Source: Candidatus Eiseniibacteriota bacterium (GTDB lineage: Bacteria; Eisenbacteria; RBG-16-71-46; CAZEPH01). From it: a stretch of 64,000 nucleotides of DNA. This document shows, piece after piece, positions 30,749 through 39,289 of this stretch; position 1 is the stretch's first letter, and each line of letters begins with the position of its first letter. The stretch covers positions 1-64,000 of the forward strand of contig JBGATO010000004.1 in assembly GCA_044229145.1 (NCBI GenBank), written 5' to 3'. Under the pieces are notes generated by a model, which saw only the letters and a list, made by a program, of their open reading frames with translations, was not told the DNA's origin and did not search any database. The translations under genes and the position numbers were made by a program.

Positions 30749-32644
30749 ATGCCTCGACGCCCGTTCGTTCTGCTCCTCGGCGCCGCGCTGTGCGCCGCTT
30801 TCACGCTGCCCGCCGCGGCGCGTCCCACGCCGCCGCTGCGCCAACTGGTGCGCGTGCAGCTGCGCACCCCCGGCGACCTGCGCGATCTGCAGCTGCTCGA
30901 CCTCGACCTCACCGAGCACGCGGGCCTCACCTTCGCCGACGTCGTCGCCACGCAGGAGGACGAGCGCACGCTGGCGCGACACGGCTTCCTGTTCGACATC
31001 GTCGATCCGGATATGCACGCGACCTTTCTGCGGGCGACCAACAATGGCGCGCCCGACCTCGGCGCGTATCACACCTACGACGAGGCGATCGCCGACATGC
31101 AGGCGGTGCACGCCGCGCACCCCGAACTCACCAGCGATCTCATCTCGTGGGGCAAAAGCCTCGAGGGCCGCGACATCTGGGCGATGCTGGTGTCGACGAC
31201 GCCGACGGTGCTCGACGATCCCGCGAAGCCCGAAGTCTCCTTGATCGGCAACCACCACGCGCGCGAGTTGATCACGGTCGAAATTCCGCTCGACCTGCTG
31301 CACACGCTCACCGAGCAGTACGGCGTGTCGAGCGAGGTCACCAACATCGTCAACACGATGGAGGTGTGGGTGGTGCCGACGGTGAATCCCGACGGCCATG
31401 TGTACTGCGAGACCACCGACGAGAACTGGCGGAAGAACCGCCGCAACAACGGCAACGGCACCTGGGGCGTCGACCTCAATCGCAACTACTCGTACAAGTG
31501 GGGCATCGACAACATCGGGTCGAGCGGCAACTCCGGCAGCGACACCTACCGCGGCACCGCGCCGTTCAGCGAACCGGAGACGCAAGCGGTGAAAGCGTTC
31601 TGCGCCGCGCATCACCTGCTGCACAACATCAACTATCACTCGTACGGCAACGACATGATCTACCCGTGGGGCTACGCCTCCAACATCTACACGCCGGACA
31701 ACCTGACGTTCTCCGTCGCCGCCGACTCGATCGTGCGGTTGAACGGCTACACCAAGCTGATCGGCTGGCAGCTGTATCTCACCAACGGCGAAGCGGACGA
31801 CTGGTGGTACGGCGAGACCACCGAGAAGCCGCGCGGCTTCTCATTCACGCCGGAGGTCGGCACCTCGTTCCACCCGGCGGACTCGCAGATCCCGCAGCTG
31901 CTCACCGACAACCGTGAGGCATCGCTGTACTGGATCCGCGGCGCCGCGCCGGTGGACCCGTCGCAGGCCTCGGTCCAGATGTCGACACACGCCATCAACG
32001 TCGCGCGGGGCGGCACGCTGTCGTTCTCCTACACGGTGACCAACAACTCGGCGAATACCGTGACCTGGAAGGAATGGGACGAAGTCGTGCGCCCGAACAA
32101 CCAGGCGCTGCTCAACAACCCGGCGGGCGGCTACAAGACGTGGACGCTGTCGCCCGGCGCCTCGCGGACGCAGACCATCACGAAGGTCATTCCGACCACC
32201 GCGCCGCTCGGCACGTTCACGTGGACGTCGAAAGTGGCCCCGAGCGTGCCGTGGCCGGTGTGGGCGCAGGACCAGCTCACGTTCACCATCACCGCGGCGA
32301 CGGGTGCGAAGGGCGCCACCGTGGCGACGAATGCGGTGCCGAGCGACGACGACATGGCGTGGCTCACCGCGCCGGACGGCGTGACGGCGCGGACGTCGCA
32401 GCCGACGCTGTTCGGCCAGCTGCGTGACGGCGCGGTGCGCTTCTCGCTACGGCACGCGGCGGCAGACCGTGCTCGCTTCGTGGTGCGCGACGTCGCCGGC
32501 CGCGCCGTCGGCGAGGCGCGTCTGGTCAGTGGCGGCACGGCTCTCGAGTGGGACGGCCGGACGGCGTCCGGCGCCCGCGCCGGCAGCGGGCTCTACTTGC
32601 TCGAGACTCCGGACGGAGTGGCGCGAATCACCATCGTACGCTAG
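30749..32644 (+). CDS. Secreted M14 zinc carboxypeptidase (carboxypeptidase T-like) with FlgD-like C-terminal domain
   Basis: HHARE, NPDG, WRKNRR, GVDLNRNY, FSEPET, YHSYG, TPEVG; tail WDGRTASG...SGLYL. Confidence 0.92.
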   Translation: MPRRPFVLLLGAALCAAFTLPAAARPTPPLRQLVRVQLRTPGDLRDLQLLDLDLTEHAGLTFADVVATQEDERTLARHGFLFDIVDPDMHATFLRATNNGAPDLGAYHTYDEAIADMQAVHAAHPELTSDLISWGKSLEGRDIWAMLVSTTPTVLDDPAKPEVSLIGNHHARELITVEIPLDLLHTLTEQYGVSSEVTNIVNTMEVWVVPTVNPDGHVYCETTDENWRKNRRNNGNGTWGVDLNRNYSYKWGIDNIGSSGNSGSDTYRGTAPFSEPETQAVKAFCAAHHLLHNINYHSYGNDMIYPWGYASNIYTPDNLTFSVAADSIVRLNGYTKLIGWQLYLTNGEADDWWYGETTEKPRGFSFTPEVGTSFHPADSQIPQLLTDNREASLYWIRGAAPVDPSQASVQMSTHAINVARGGTLSFSYTVTNNSANTVTWKEWDEVVRPNNQALLNNPAGGYKTWTLSPGASRTQTITKVIPTTAPLGTFTWTSKVAPSVPWPVWAQDQLTFTITAATGAKGATVATNAVPSDDDMAWLTAPDGVTARTSQPTLFGQLRDGAVRFSLRHAAADRARFVVRDVAGRAVGEARLVSGGTALEWDGRTASGARAGSGLYLLETPDGVARITIVR

Positions 32645-32666
32645 TCACCGCTGGCCTGAAGACACT

Positions 32667-32699
32667 GCGAGGGGTGGCGGGATGACCGCCACCCCTCGC
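32667..32699 (+). terminator. Hairpin after the carboxypeptidase
   Basis: GCGAGGGGTGGCGG-N5-CCGCCACCCCTCGC. Confidence 0.65.
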
Positions 32700-32751
32700 T
32701 GGATGGGCGCCAAGCGCCCATTCGACGCGCCGTCTGCGGTACACTCGTCGG

Positions 32752-35097
32752 ATGCGACTTCGACTCCGCACTCTGCTCGTTCTCTTGTTCGCTCTCTGCG
32801 CGGCTCGCGCGCAGGCCGCCCCCGGCGACACCCGCTGGTCCGACGCCTTCCGCGTCGAGGGCGCGAGCGATTCCGTGTTCGCCCTGACCGCGTGGAGCGG
32901 CGGCATCGCCGTCGGCGGCGCGTTCTCCACCGCCGGCAAAGCGAGCGCTGCGCACGTGGCGGTGTGGAACGGCACCTATCTCGCGGCGTGCGGCAGCGGC
33001 ACGAATGGCACCGTCTACGCGTTGGCGCAGTGGAACGGCGCGCTGTATGCCGGCGGTTCGTTCACCACGGCGGGCGGCGGCGCGGCGAGCAACATCGCGC
33101 GGTGGGACGGCAGCGCGTGGACGCCGCTCGGCAGCGGATGCAACGGTCCCGTGCAAGCGCTGACCGTCTGGAACGGCCAGCTGGTCGCCGGCGGGCAGTT
33201 CACCACGGCGGGCGGCGTCACCGTGAACCGCGTCGCGCTGTGGAACGGGACGACGTGGAGCGCGTGCGGAAGCGGCGTCGGCGGCCGCGTCAATGCGCTG
33301 GCGGTCTACGGCACGGATCTCGTCGCCGCGGGCGCCTTCACGACGGCCGGCGGTGGTGGCGCGAACCGCATCGCACGGTGGGACGGCGCTGCGTGGTCGG
33401 CGCTCGGCAGCGGGCTCGGTGGCACCGCGAACGCGCTCGCGGTACAGGATGCCAATCTGTACGTGGGCGGCGCGTTCACGACGGCCGGCGGCGGCAGCGC
33501 GAATCGCGTCGCGCAGTGGAACGGCAGCGCGTGGAGCGCGATGTCCACCGGCACGAACGGCGCGGTGTCGGCGTTCGGATTCTCGGGCGGCACGCTCTAC
33601 GCCGGTGGCGTTTTCACCACCGCCAGCGGCTCGGGCGCCAACCGCATCGCGCGCTGGGACGGCGTGACCTGGAACGCGCTCGGGAATGGAGCCAACAATG
33701 CCGTGCTCGCGCTCGCACCTTTCGGCACCGCGATGGTGACCGGCGGCGCGTTCACCGTCGTCGCATCGACGACGCAGGCGTCGCGGCTCGCGCGCTGGAC
33801 GGCCTCGAACACATGGACGGCGCTCAACGCGTCGGTCAACGGCAGCGTCGCCGCTCTTGCGGGCTACGGCGGGGCGATGGTGGCGGGCGGCGCGTTCAGC
33901 GAGGCCGGCGGGAGCGCGGCGGCGAACCTGGCCGCGTGGCACGGCACCGCGTGGACGACACTCGGCAGCGGCACCAATGGCGAGGTCGACGCGCTCGTGG
34001 AGTGGAACGGCCAGTTGGTGGCCGGCGGCGCGTTCTCGACGGCCGGCGGCGCGCCTGCGTCGTTCATCGCCGCGTGGAATGGATCGACGTGGGCGCCCCT
34101 GGGCGGCGGGATGAACGATCAGGTGGCGGCGCTCACGGTCTATCACGGCGACCTCATCGCCGCGGGGCTGTTCACGCAGGCGGGCGGCGTGCCGGTCTAT
34201 TTCGTGGCGCGATGGGACGGTAGCGTGTGGTCGCCGCTCGGCATCGGCATGGACGGCGACGTGCGCGCGCTCACGGTTTGGAACGACCTCTTGATTGCGG
34301 GAGGCACGTTCAGCAAGGCCGGCGGCGTGCCGGCCGCGTTCGTCGCCGCGTGGGACGGATCGACGTGGGCAGCGCTGGGCAGTGGGACGTCGGACAACGT
34401 CTCCTCGCTCGGCGCCTATCGCGACACGCTGATCGTCGGCGGAACCTTCGACTTCGCGGGCGGCGTGCTGGCGAACCACGTCGCGGCGTGGGATGGCAGC
34501 GCGTGGCACGCGCTCGGCGGCGGGGTGACCAGCTCGCTGTTCAGCGATGTCGCGGCGCTCGCCGGTTACGACGGCACCCTGGTGGCGGGTGGCGACTTCG
34601 ACAATGCCGGCAGCGTGGCGTCGCCCAACATCGCGCGCTGGGACGGCACCCAGTGGAGCGCCATGGGCAGCGGCGCCAACCAGCCGGTCCGCGCCCTGGC
34701 GATCGACGGCGGCGGGTTGTACGCCGGGGGTGGATTCACGACCGCGGGCGGCAAGCAGTCGCTGTTCGTGGCGCAGTGGACGGACTCGCTGTTGGTGCCG
34801 GTGCCGGCTCCCCGCCGGGACGTCGCGGCCGCCCTCGCGTTGACCGCGCGGGCCGAAGCCGGCGGGGTCACGCTGCGATTCGACCTGACACGCGCCGCTG
34901 CAGTAACGCTGGAGATCTTCGACGTGCGCGGCCGCCGGGTGGCCGCGTGGCCGTCGCACGTTGCGGCCGCCGGGCCGCACGCGGTGGCCTGGGACGCCCG
35001 GGACGCCGGCGGACAGCGATGCGCCGCAGGCGTTTACCTGGCGCGGGCACGCACCAGCGGCGCCTCGGCGACGGCGCCGGTCGTCCTCCCCCGCTAG
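32752..35097 (+). CDS. Secreted repeat protein (14 repeats of ~47 aa, probable double 7-blade beta-propeller) with FlgD-like C-terminal domain
   Basis: Repeat GG.FTTAGG..AN.IARWDG..W..LGSG.NG.V.AL counted 14 times; tail IFDVRGRRV..WDARDAGG..AGVYLAR. Confidence 0.85.
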   Translation: MRLRLRTLLVLLFALCAARAQAAPGDTRWSDAFRVEGASDSVFALTAWSGGIAVGGAFSTAGKASAAHVAVWNGTYLAACGSGTNGTVYALAQWNGALYAGGSFTTAGGGAASNIARWDGSAWTPLGSGCNGPVQALTVWNGQLVAGGQFTTAGGVTVNRVALWNGTTWSACGSGVGGRVNALAVYGTDLVAAGAFTTAGGGGANRIARWDGAAWSALGSGLGGTANALAVQDANLYVGGAFTTAGGGSANRVAQWNGSAWSAMSTGTNGAVSAFGFSGGTLYAGGVFTTASGSGANRIARWDGVTWNALGNGANNAVLALAPFGTAMVTGGAFTVVASTTQASRLARWTASNTWTALNASVNGSVAALAGYGGAMVAGGAFSEAGGSAAANLAAWHGTAWTTLGSGTNGEVDALVEWNGQLVAGGAFSTAGGAPASFIAAWNGSTWAPLGGGMNDQVAALTVYHGDLIAAGLFTQAGGVPVYFVARWDGSVWSPLGIGMDGDVRALTVWNDLLIAGGTFSKAGGVPAAFVAAWDGSTWAALGSGTSDNVSSLGAYRDTLIVGGTFDFAGGVLANHVAAWDGSAWHALGGGVTSSLFSDVAALAGYDGTLVAGGDFDNAGSVASPNIARWDGTQWSAMGSGANQPVRALAIDGGGLYAGGGFTTAGGKQSLFVAQWTDSLLVPVPAPRRDVAAALALTARAEAGGVTLRFDLTRAAAVTLEIFDVRGRRVAAWPSHVAAAGPHAVAWDARDAGGQRCAAGVYLARARTSGASATAPVVLPR

Positions 35098-35135
35098 ACA
35101 CGGGGCCGCCTGCACAGCCGAGCTTCCCACCGCGA

Positions 35136-35164
35136 TTGACCGAGACACCGGAAACCCGTATCCT
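35136..35164 (+). promoter_or_regulatory. Sigma70 promoter for the RHH/PIN locus
   Basis: TTGACC-17 nt-TATCCT. Confidence 0.65.
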
Positions 35165-35398
35165 GCGAAGCGGTTAGGTTCGCCGCCGCGGATCGGGTTG
35201 CCGGTCAGGTCTCCGTGGCGCACCCCCTGCTGTGATCGGGTTTTCGCTTTCAGTCGACCCGCACGACGTGGATCTGAGGCGCGCTCGCCGACGCGATTGA
35301 CGCATCGCGCGCCGCCGCATGCATTTTCCAGAACGGGTCGTCCGCTGGCGTGGAAATGTCCGCCGCGACGACACCGTGGAGGAGGGATTGAAGGAGGC

Positions 35399-37240
35399 AT
35401 GGGTGACGAGTTTGAAGTCACTGGAGGCCTTCCTGACGCCGGAGCTTCTGAAGGATCTGGAGGCTCTCGCCGCGGAGGAAGGTCGAGACGTCGAGGCGGT
35501 CGTGGACGCCGCCGTTCGTCGGTATCTGTGGGACTCGACGTTCAGGACACTGAGGCGCCACGCGCAGGCGAGGAGCCGGGTACAGGGATGGGTCAGCGAT
35601 CAGTCGATCTTGACGACGGTCCTGGCGACGAGGCGACCGGACGAGTTCACGCTGACGAAGCCGGAGGCGAGCCTCGGCGTCGTAGCCGGCGAGGCCGGCG
35701 AGGGCGAGGCCGTGGAGGGCGCGGGCGGGACGGCGACGCGGACGCGGGACTCGAGGCAGCCGAGGGAGTTCCGGGAGCGGAGGGAGAGACGCGATCGCCG
35801 GGAGCCGCGCGAGCCGCGCGAGGCCCGCGAGACGCCGAGGAACTTCCGCGAGACCCGGGAGCCGATGCCGGAGATGGAGACGAGGCGCTTCGAGAGGAGC
35901 GCTCCGGCTCCCGTCGGGCGCGAGGACGCCGGGGACGAGGCACGCGAGGAGAGGAGCGGCCGGAGGCCGCGCCGGAGGACGCGGGGCGGACGCCGGGACA
36001 GCGGCGCGGACGTCAGGGCTTCATCATCACCGGACGCGTCGGAGACGACGCCGGAGCCGCGCAGCCCGTCGTACGCGCTGAACCCGCCGACAGTGGACCT
36101 CGCGGCGATGCGCCGGCGCGCGGAGAGCGTGCATCGCTTCCTGCCGCCCGACCCGAGCGAGCGGGAGACGCAAGCGGAGGAGAGGTCCGAGAGGCCCGAC
36201 CGGTTCGAGAGCCACGAGAACCCCGAGAGCCACGAGAGCCCCGCGGGGTTCGCGAACCGCGCGAACCGCGAGAGGGTCGGGAGCCGCGCGAGCGCGGCGA
36301 ACGCGGAGGCCGCGGTCGCGGCGGACGCGACCGCGGACCGCGAAGCACCGAGCGACTCGCCGAGCGAGTCGGACGCCTTCCGGCCCCGCCGGAGCCGCAA
36401 CCAGAGGTGGAGCCGGCCAAACCAGCCAAGCGCAGCCTCCGAGAGCGACTCGCCAGCCTCACCGCCCGACTCACCGGCCGCAAGTCCGCAGCCGGAGATG
36501 CCGTCGAGCAGCCCAGTGCAGTCGTTCGGCCGCAAGCCGAAGCGCAGCAGCGGCCGCCGCTAGACGACGCCGCACGCGGCGACCGCCGGCGCGACCGTGA
36601 AGGCCGCTTCGACCGCAACGAGCGCCGCGATCAGGCACGCCGTGAGCGCGCGGAGCGACGTGAACGCGCCCTCGCGGAGCGCATCGCGGAAATCGAGGCA
36701 GCACCGCTGCGCGACGCACCGCAGTTGCCGTTCGACACGCCGGTGGAACGCCAGGCGGTCGTGGTGCGCAAGATGCCGCCCGCGCCGCACCTGGCGCTGG
36801 TCGACATCGAACGCCGCCCCGGCGGTCCGGTCATCGTGCTCGACACCAACGTCCTGCTGTCGGCGTTGTTCGCACGCCCTGGCCACTGCGCCGCGATCGT
36901 GCGGCGCGGCGCGGCGGGCGAGTTCCGCCTGATGTCGTCGCAGCCGTTGTGGAACGAGCTGCGCGACTTGCTCGGCGGCACGTTCGAACTCGAGGATGCC
37001 GATGTCGCCCAGTGGTTGCACGTGCTGGGCGCGCCGTTCGACACGATGCACGGCGCGGTGCCGCGCGTCCGCCAAGGTGGCCGCGCGCTGAGCGATGGCG
37101 CCCGTCGCGCGCTCGACACCGCGGTCGCCGCACACGCGACGTACTTGGTGAGCAGCGACCCCGAGTTGCTGCGGATCGGGTTGGTCCAGGGCGTCGAGAT
37201 TCTCAGCCCGCAGGCGTTCGTCGCGCTGCACGGCGAGTAG
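35399..37240 (+). CDS. PIN-domain protein with a ~470-aa Arg/Gly/Glu/Pro-rich disordered N-terminus
   Basis: C-terminal VIVLDTNVLLSAL...LWNEL...YLVSSDPELL..VQGVEILSP..F. The frame is clearly coding upstream of the PIN domain; true start uncertain. Confidence 0.75.
   Translation: MGDEFEVTGGLPDAGASEGSGGSRRGGRSRRRGGRGRRRSSVSVGLDVQDTEAPRAGEEPGTGMGQRSVDLDDGPGDEATGRVHADEAGGEPRRRSRRGRRGRGRGGRGRDGDADAGLEAAEGVPGAEGETRSPGAARAARGPRDAEELPRDPGADAGDGDEALREERSGSRRARGRRGRGTRGEERPEAAPEDAGRTPGQRRGRQGFIITGRVGDDAGAAQPVVRAEPADSGPRGDAPARGERASLPAARPERAGDASGGEVREARPVREPREPREPREPRGVREPREPREGREPRERGERGGRGRGGRDRGPRSTERLAERVGRLPAPPEPQPEVEPAKPAKRSLRERLASLTARLTGRKSAAGDAVEQPSAVVRPQAEAQQRPPLDDAARGDRRRDREGRFDRNERRDQARRERAERRERALAERIAEIEAAPLRDAPQLPFDTPVERQAVVVRKMPPAPHLALVDIERRPGGPVIVLDTNVLLSALFARPGHCAAIVRRGAAGEFRLMSSQPLWNELRDLLGGTFELEDADVAQWLHVLGAPFDTMHGAVPRVRQGGRALSDGARRALDTAVAAHATYLVSSDPELLRIGLVQGVEILSPQAFVALHGE
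35403..36563 (+). CDS. CopG/ribbon-helix-helix antitoxin-like domain plus a ~300-aa disordered tail, overlapping the PIN gene in the +1 frame
   Basis: SLEAFLTPELLKDLEALAAEEGRDVEAVVDAAVRRYLWDSTFRTLRRHAQARSRVQGWVSDQSI matches the pattern of RHH partners of PIN toxins; SD AAGGAGG 5 nt before GTG 35403. Confidence 0.7.
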   Translation: MTSLKSLEAFLTPELLKDLEALAAEEGRDVEAVVDAAVRRYLWDSTFRTLRRHAQARSRVQGWVSDQSILTTVLATRRPDEFTLTKPEASLGVVAGEAGEGEAVEGAGGTATRTRDSRQPREFRERRERRDRREPREPREARETPRNFRETREPMPEMETRRFERSAPAPVGREDAGDEAREERSGRRPRRRTRGGRRDSGADVRASSSPDASETTPEPRSPSYALNPPTVDLAAMRRRAESVHRFLPPDPSERETQAEERSERPDRFESHENPESHESPAGFANRANRERVGSRASAANAEAAVAADATADREAPSDSPSESDAFRPRRSRNQRWSRPNQPSAASESDSPASPPDSPAASPQPEMPSSSPVQSFGRKPKRSSGRR

Positions 37241-37255
37241 CACCGCACACGTCGC

Positions 37256-37903
37256 ATGACTTCCTCGGCCCCGTCGCGCGAATCCGCCGGCGGGGCCGAT
37301 GCGCTTCCCCGCTCGCCGTTTCCGATGTGGATGGCGTGGCTGCTCAAGCTGCCGCTGCGCGCGTTCCTCATCGACCGCGCGGAGGCGGTGCGCGACGCCG
37401 GCATCGGCGAGGGCGACACCGTGCTCGAACTCGGTGCCGGCAGCGGCTTCTGGACCGCGCATCTGTCGCGTGCCGTGGGGGCCGGCGGCCGCATCGTCGC
37501 GCAGGACGTGCAGCAGGCGATGCTCGACCGGCTCACCGCCTCACTCGCGCGCACCTCGCATCCCGACAACGTGACGACGCTGCTCGCGCCCTCCACCGCG
37601 CTGCCGCTCGGCGACGCGTCGTGCGACGCGGTGTTCGCCGCGTACGTGTTCGAGGAGATCGACACGCTCGGCCTCGCCGCGCCGACCGCCGTCGAACTCG
37701 CGCGGGTACTGCGCGATGGCGGGTGTCTCGGCTTCCGCGAACATCGCTGGGGCGTGTCGCTCGACCGCATCCGCCGTGTGTTCGCCGCGCTCGAGGCTGC
37801 CGGCTTCGCGCTCGCGTGGACGAGCACCAGCCGCTTCAGTTACCAAGCACTGTTCACACGCCCGCCGCGTGGCGGCGCCACGACCGGAGACACGACCCCA
37901 TGA
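37256..37903 (+). CDS. Class I SAM-dependent methyltransferase
   Basis: VLELGAGSG, AQDVQ..ML, LPL.DASCDAV, ELARVLRDGG. Confidence 0.88.
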   Translation: MTSSAPSRESAGGADALPRSPFPMWMAWLLKLPLRAFLIDRAEAVRDAGIGEGDTVLELGAGSGFWTAHLSRAVGAGGRIVAQDVQQAMLDRLTASLARTSHPDNVTTLLAPSTALPLGDASCDAVFAAYVFEEIDTLGLAAPTAVELARVLRDGGCLGFREHRWGVSLDRIRRVFAALEAAGFALAWTSTSRFSYQALFTRPPRGGATTGDTTP

Positions 37904-38256
37904 GCGCAGCCGACGAGATCAAGAAGACAGAAAGCGCGGCGAAGGAGTGGCGGCCGGTGCCCGACGCGCCCGGCAACGCGGTGAAGGTGCTCCGCTACGA
38001 TCCGGCGACCGGCGGCAGCGCGGTGCTCCTGCGGATGGATCCCGGCGCGCACTACGCCGCACACGTGCATCCGGGCGGTGAGGAAGTGTTCGTGCTCGAA
38101 GGCTCGTTGCAACTCGGCGCCGACTTCCTGCGCGAAGGCGATTTTCTCTACACGCCGCCCGGTGGCATCCACGCCGCGTCGAGCAAGGAAGGCTGCATCG
38201 TCTACATTAGCGTGCCGCGCGGGATCGAGTTCGCGACGCCGTCCGCGGAACGCTAG
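37900..38256 (+). CDS. ChrR-like cupin protein
   Basis: LLRMDPGA.Y..HVHPGGEEVFVLEG, GDFLYTPPG..H. Confidence 0.88.
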   Translation: MSAADEIKKTESAAKEWRPVPDAPGNAVKVLRYDPATGGSAVLLRMDPGAHYAAHVHPGGEEVFVLEGSLQLGADFLREGDFLYTPPGGIHAASSKEGCIVYISVPRGIEFATPSAER

Positions 38257-38660
38257 TCGCGCCGCGCCGGCTTGCCGGTGTCGTCCTTCACCAGCACGTT
38301 CACCATCACGCTGATGACGCTCACCAGAGCGGCGGCGAGGATGGCGCTCCACAGCGAGTTGAAGATGAACCCGCGCACCATCTTGCTCACCAAGAACATC
38401 ATGCCACCGTTGATCACCAACGTGAACAGCCCGAGACTGAGGATGTTGAGCGGCAACGTGAGGAGCACGAGCACCGGCTTCAGCGTCGCGTTGAGCAACG
38501 CCAACAAGAGGCCGGCGAGAATCGCGTTGACCGGTCCCATCACTTCGAGCGCGGGCACCGGCCCATAGAGCGACATGCGCGCCGGGCCCAGGATGTTCGC
38601 CGCGAAGAGAATGCCGACCGTGTTGATCAGCCAGCGGGTGAAGAAGCCACGAGTGTTCAC
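38253..38660 (-). CDS. 4-TM 'phage holin family' (DUF360/YvlD) membrane protein
   Basis: LLNATLKPVL.LLTLPLNILSLGLFTLVING. Start set at GTG 38660, 7 nt after a TAAGGT -10. Confidence 0.88.
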   Translation of the reverse strand: MNTRGFFTRWLINTVGILFAANILGPARMSLYGPVPALEVMGPVNAILAGLLLALLNATLKPVLVLLTLPLNILSLGLFTLVINGGMMFLVSKMVRGFIFNSLWSAILAAALVSVISVMVNVLVKDDTGKPARRD

Positions 38661-38725
38661 AATGCCGACCTTACGCAATCGGACGGTCTGGCCACAACCC
38701 CCATCGCGCCGCCTCCCGGTGGCCG

Positions 38726-39289
38726 TTAGTCGTCCGGGTCACGCGGGGCGCTTTGTTCGAGCAGGTCGCGCAGCAGAGCGTCGCCCTTGGGTGGAGCCGG
38801 CTTGCCGCCGTGCGCGTCGGGACCGCCGCCGCCGCGCCGCCGGCGCGGGCGGGCGAACAGGCGCGTGAGGAAGGCGTCCGCCGGTTCGACCTGCGCGCCG
38901 AGCAGGCGGACGCGGCGGGCGAGCTCGGCATCGGCGGTGACCACCGTGACCTCGGCGGCGCGCTCGCCGTCGTGGGTGAGGCGCTGGACGATGCGGTCGT
39001 CGGCGTTGGGCGCGAACTCGACCTCGATCCAGGCGTCGCGGCTGCCAGGCGGCAAGCCGCCGCTCGCGTCCCGCACGTCGAACACCACCCAGAGCGGCGC
39101 CGCGAGGCCGGCGCGCGAGGCGAAGGTGCGCAGCACGCCGACCAGCGTGCGCCGCGCGGTCTCCAACCGCTGGCCCGCGGCACGCGGATAGCCGGGACGC
39201 AGCAGCAGATTGTGGCCGTCGACGACGAGCCGCCGCGCGGGCGGCGCGCCGCCTACGCGTCCTCGAGCGACCAGAGGTCGACGTCCCAC
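38726..39289 (-). CDS. NYN (YacP/Rae1-like) PIN-fold nuclease
   Basis: LVVDGHNL, VVFD, NADDRI, VVTAD.EL...LGA. Start uncertain; GTG 39289 overlaps the aldo/keto reductase. Confidence 0.8.
   Translation of the reverse strand: MGRRPLVARGRVGGAPPARRLVVDGHNLLLRPGYPRAAGQRLETARRTLVGVLRTFASRAGLAAPLWVVFDVRDASGGLPPGSRDAWIEVEFAPNADDRIVQRLTHDGERAAEVTVVTADAELARRVRLLGAQVEPADAFLTRLFARPRRRRGGGGPDAHGGKPAPPKGDALLRDLLEQSAPRDPDD

Noticed and set aside
32850..34780. Regular ~140-nt repeats suggesting a CRISPR or other DNA array
   Set aside because: Degenerate protein-level propeller repeats within one ORF; no identical repeats, spacers or cas genes.
35195..35230. GGTCAGGTC resembling SRP (4.5S) RNA
   Set aside because: The following GGAAGGAAGCAGC core is absent.
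38253..38660. Holin-family gene as a prophage marker
   Set aside because: This family is commonly chromosomal, and no phage genes are nearby.
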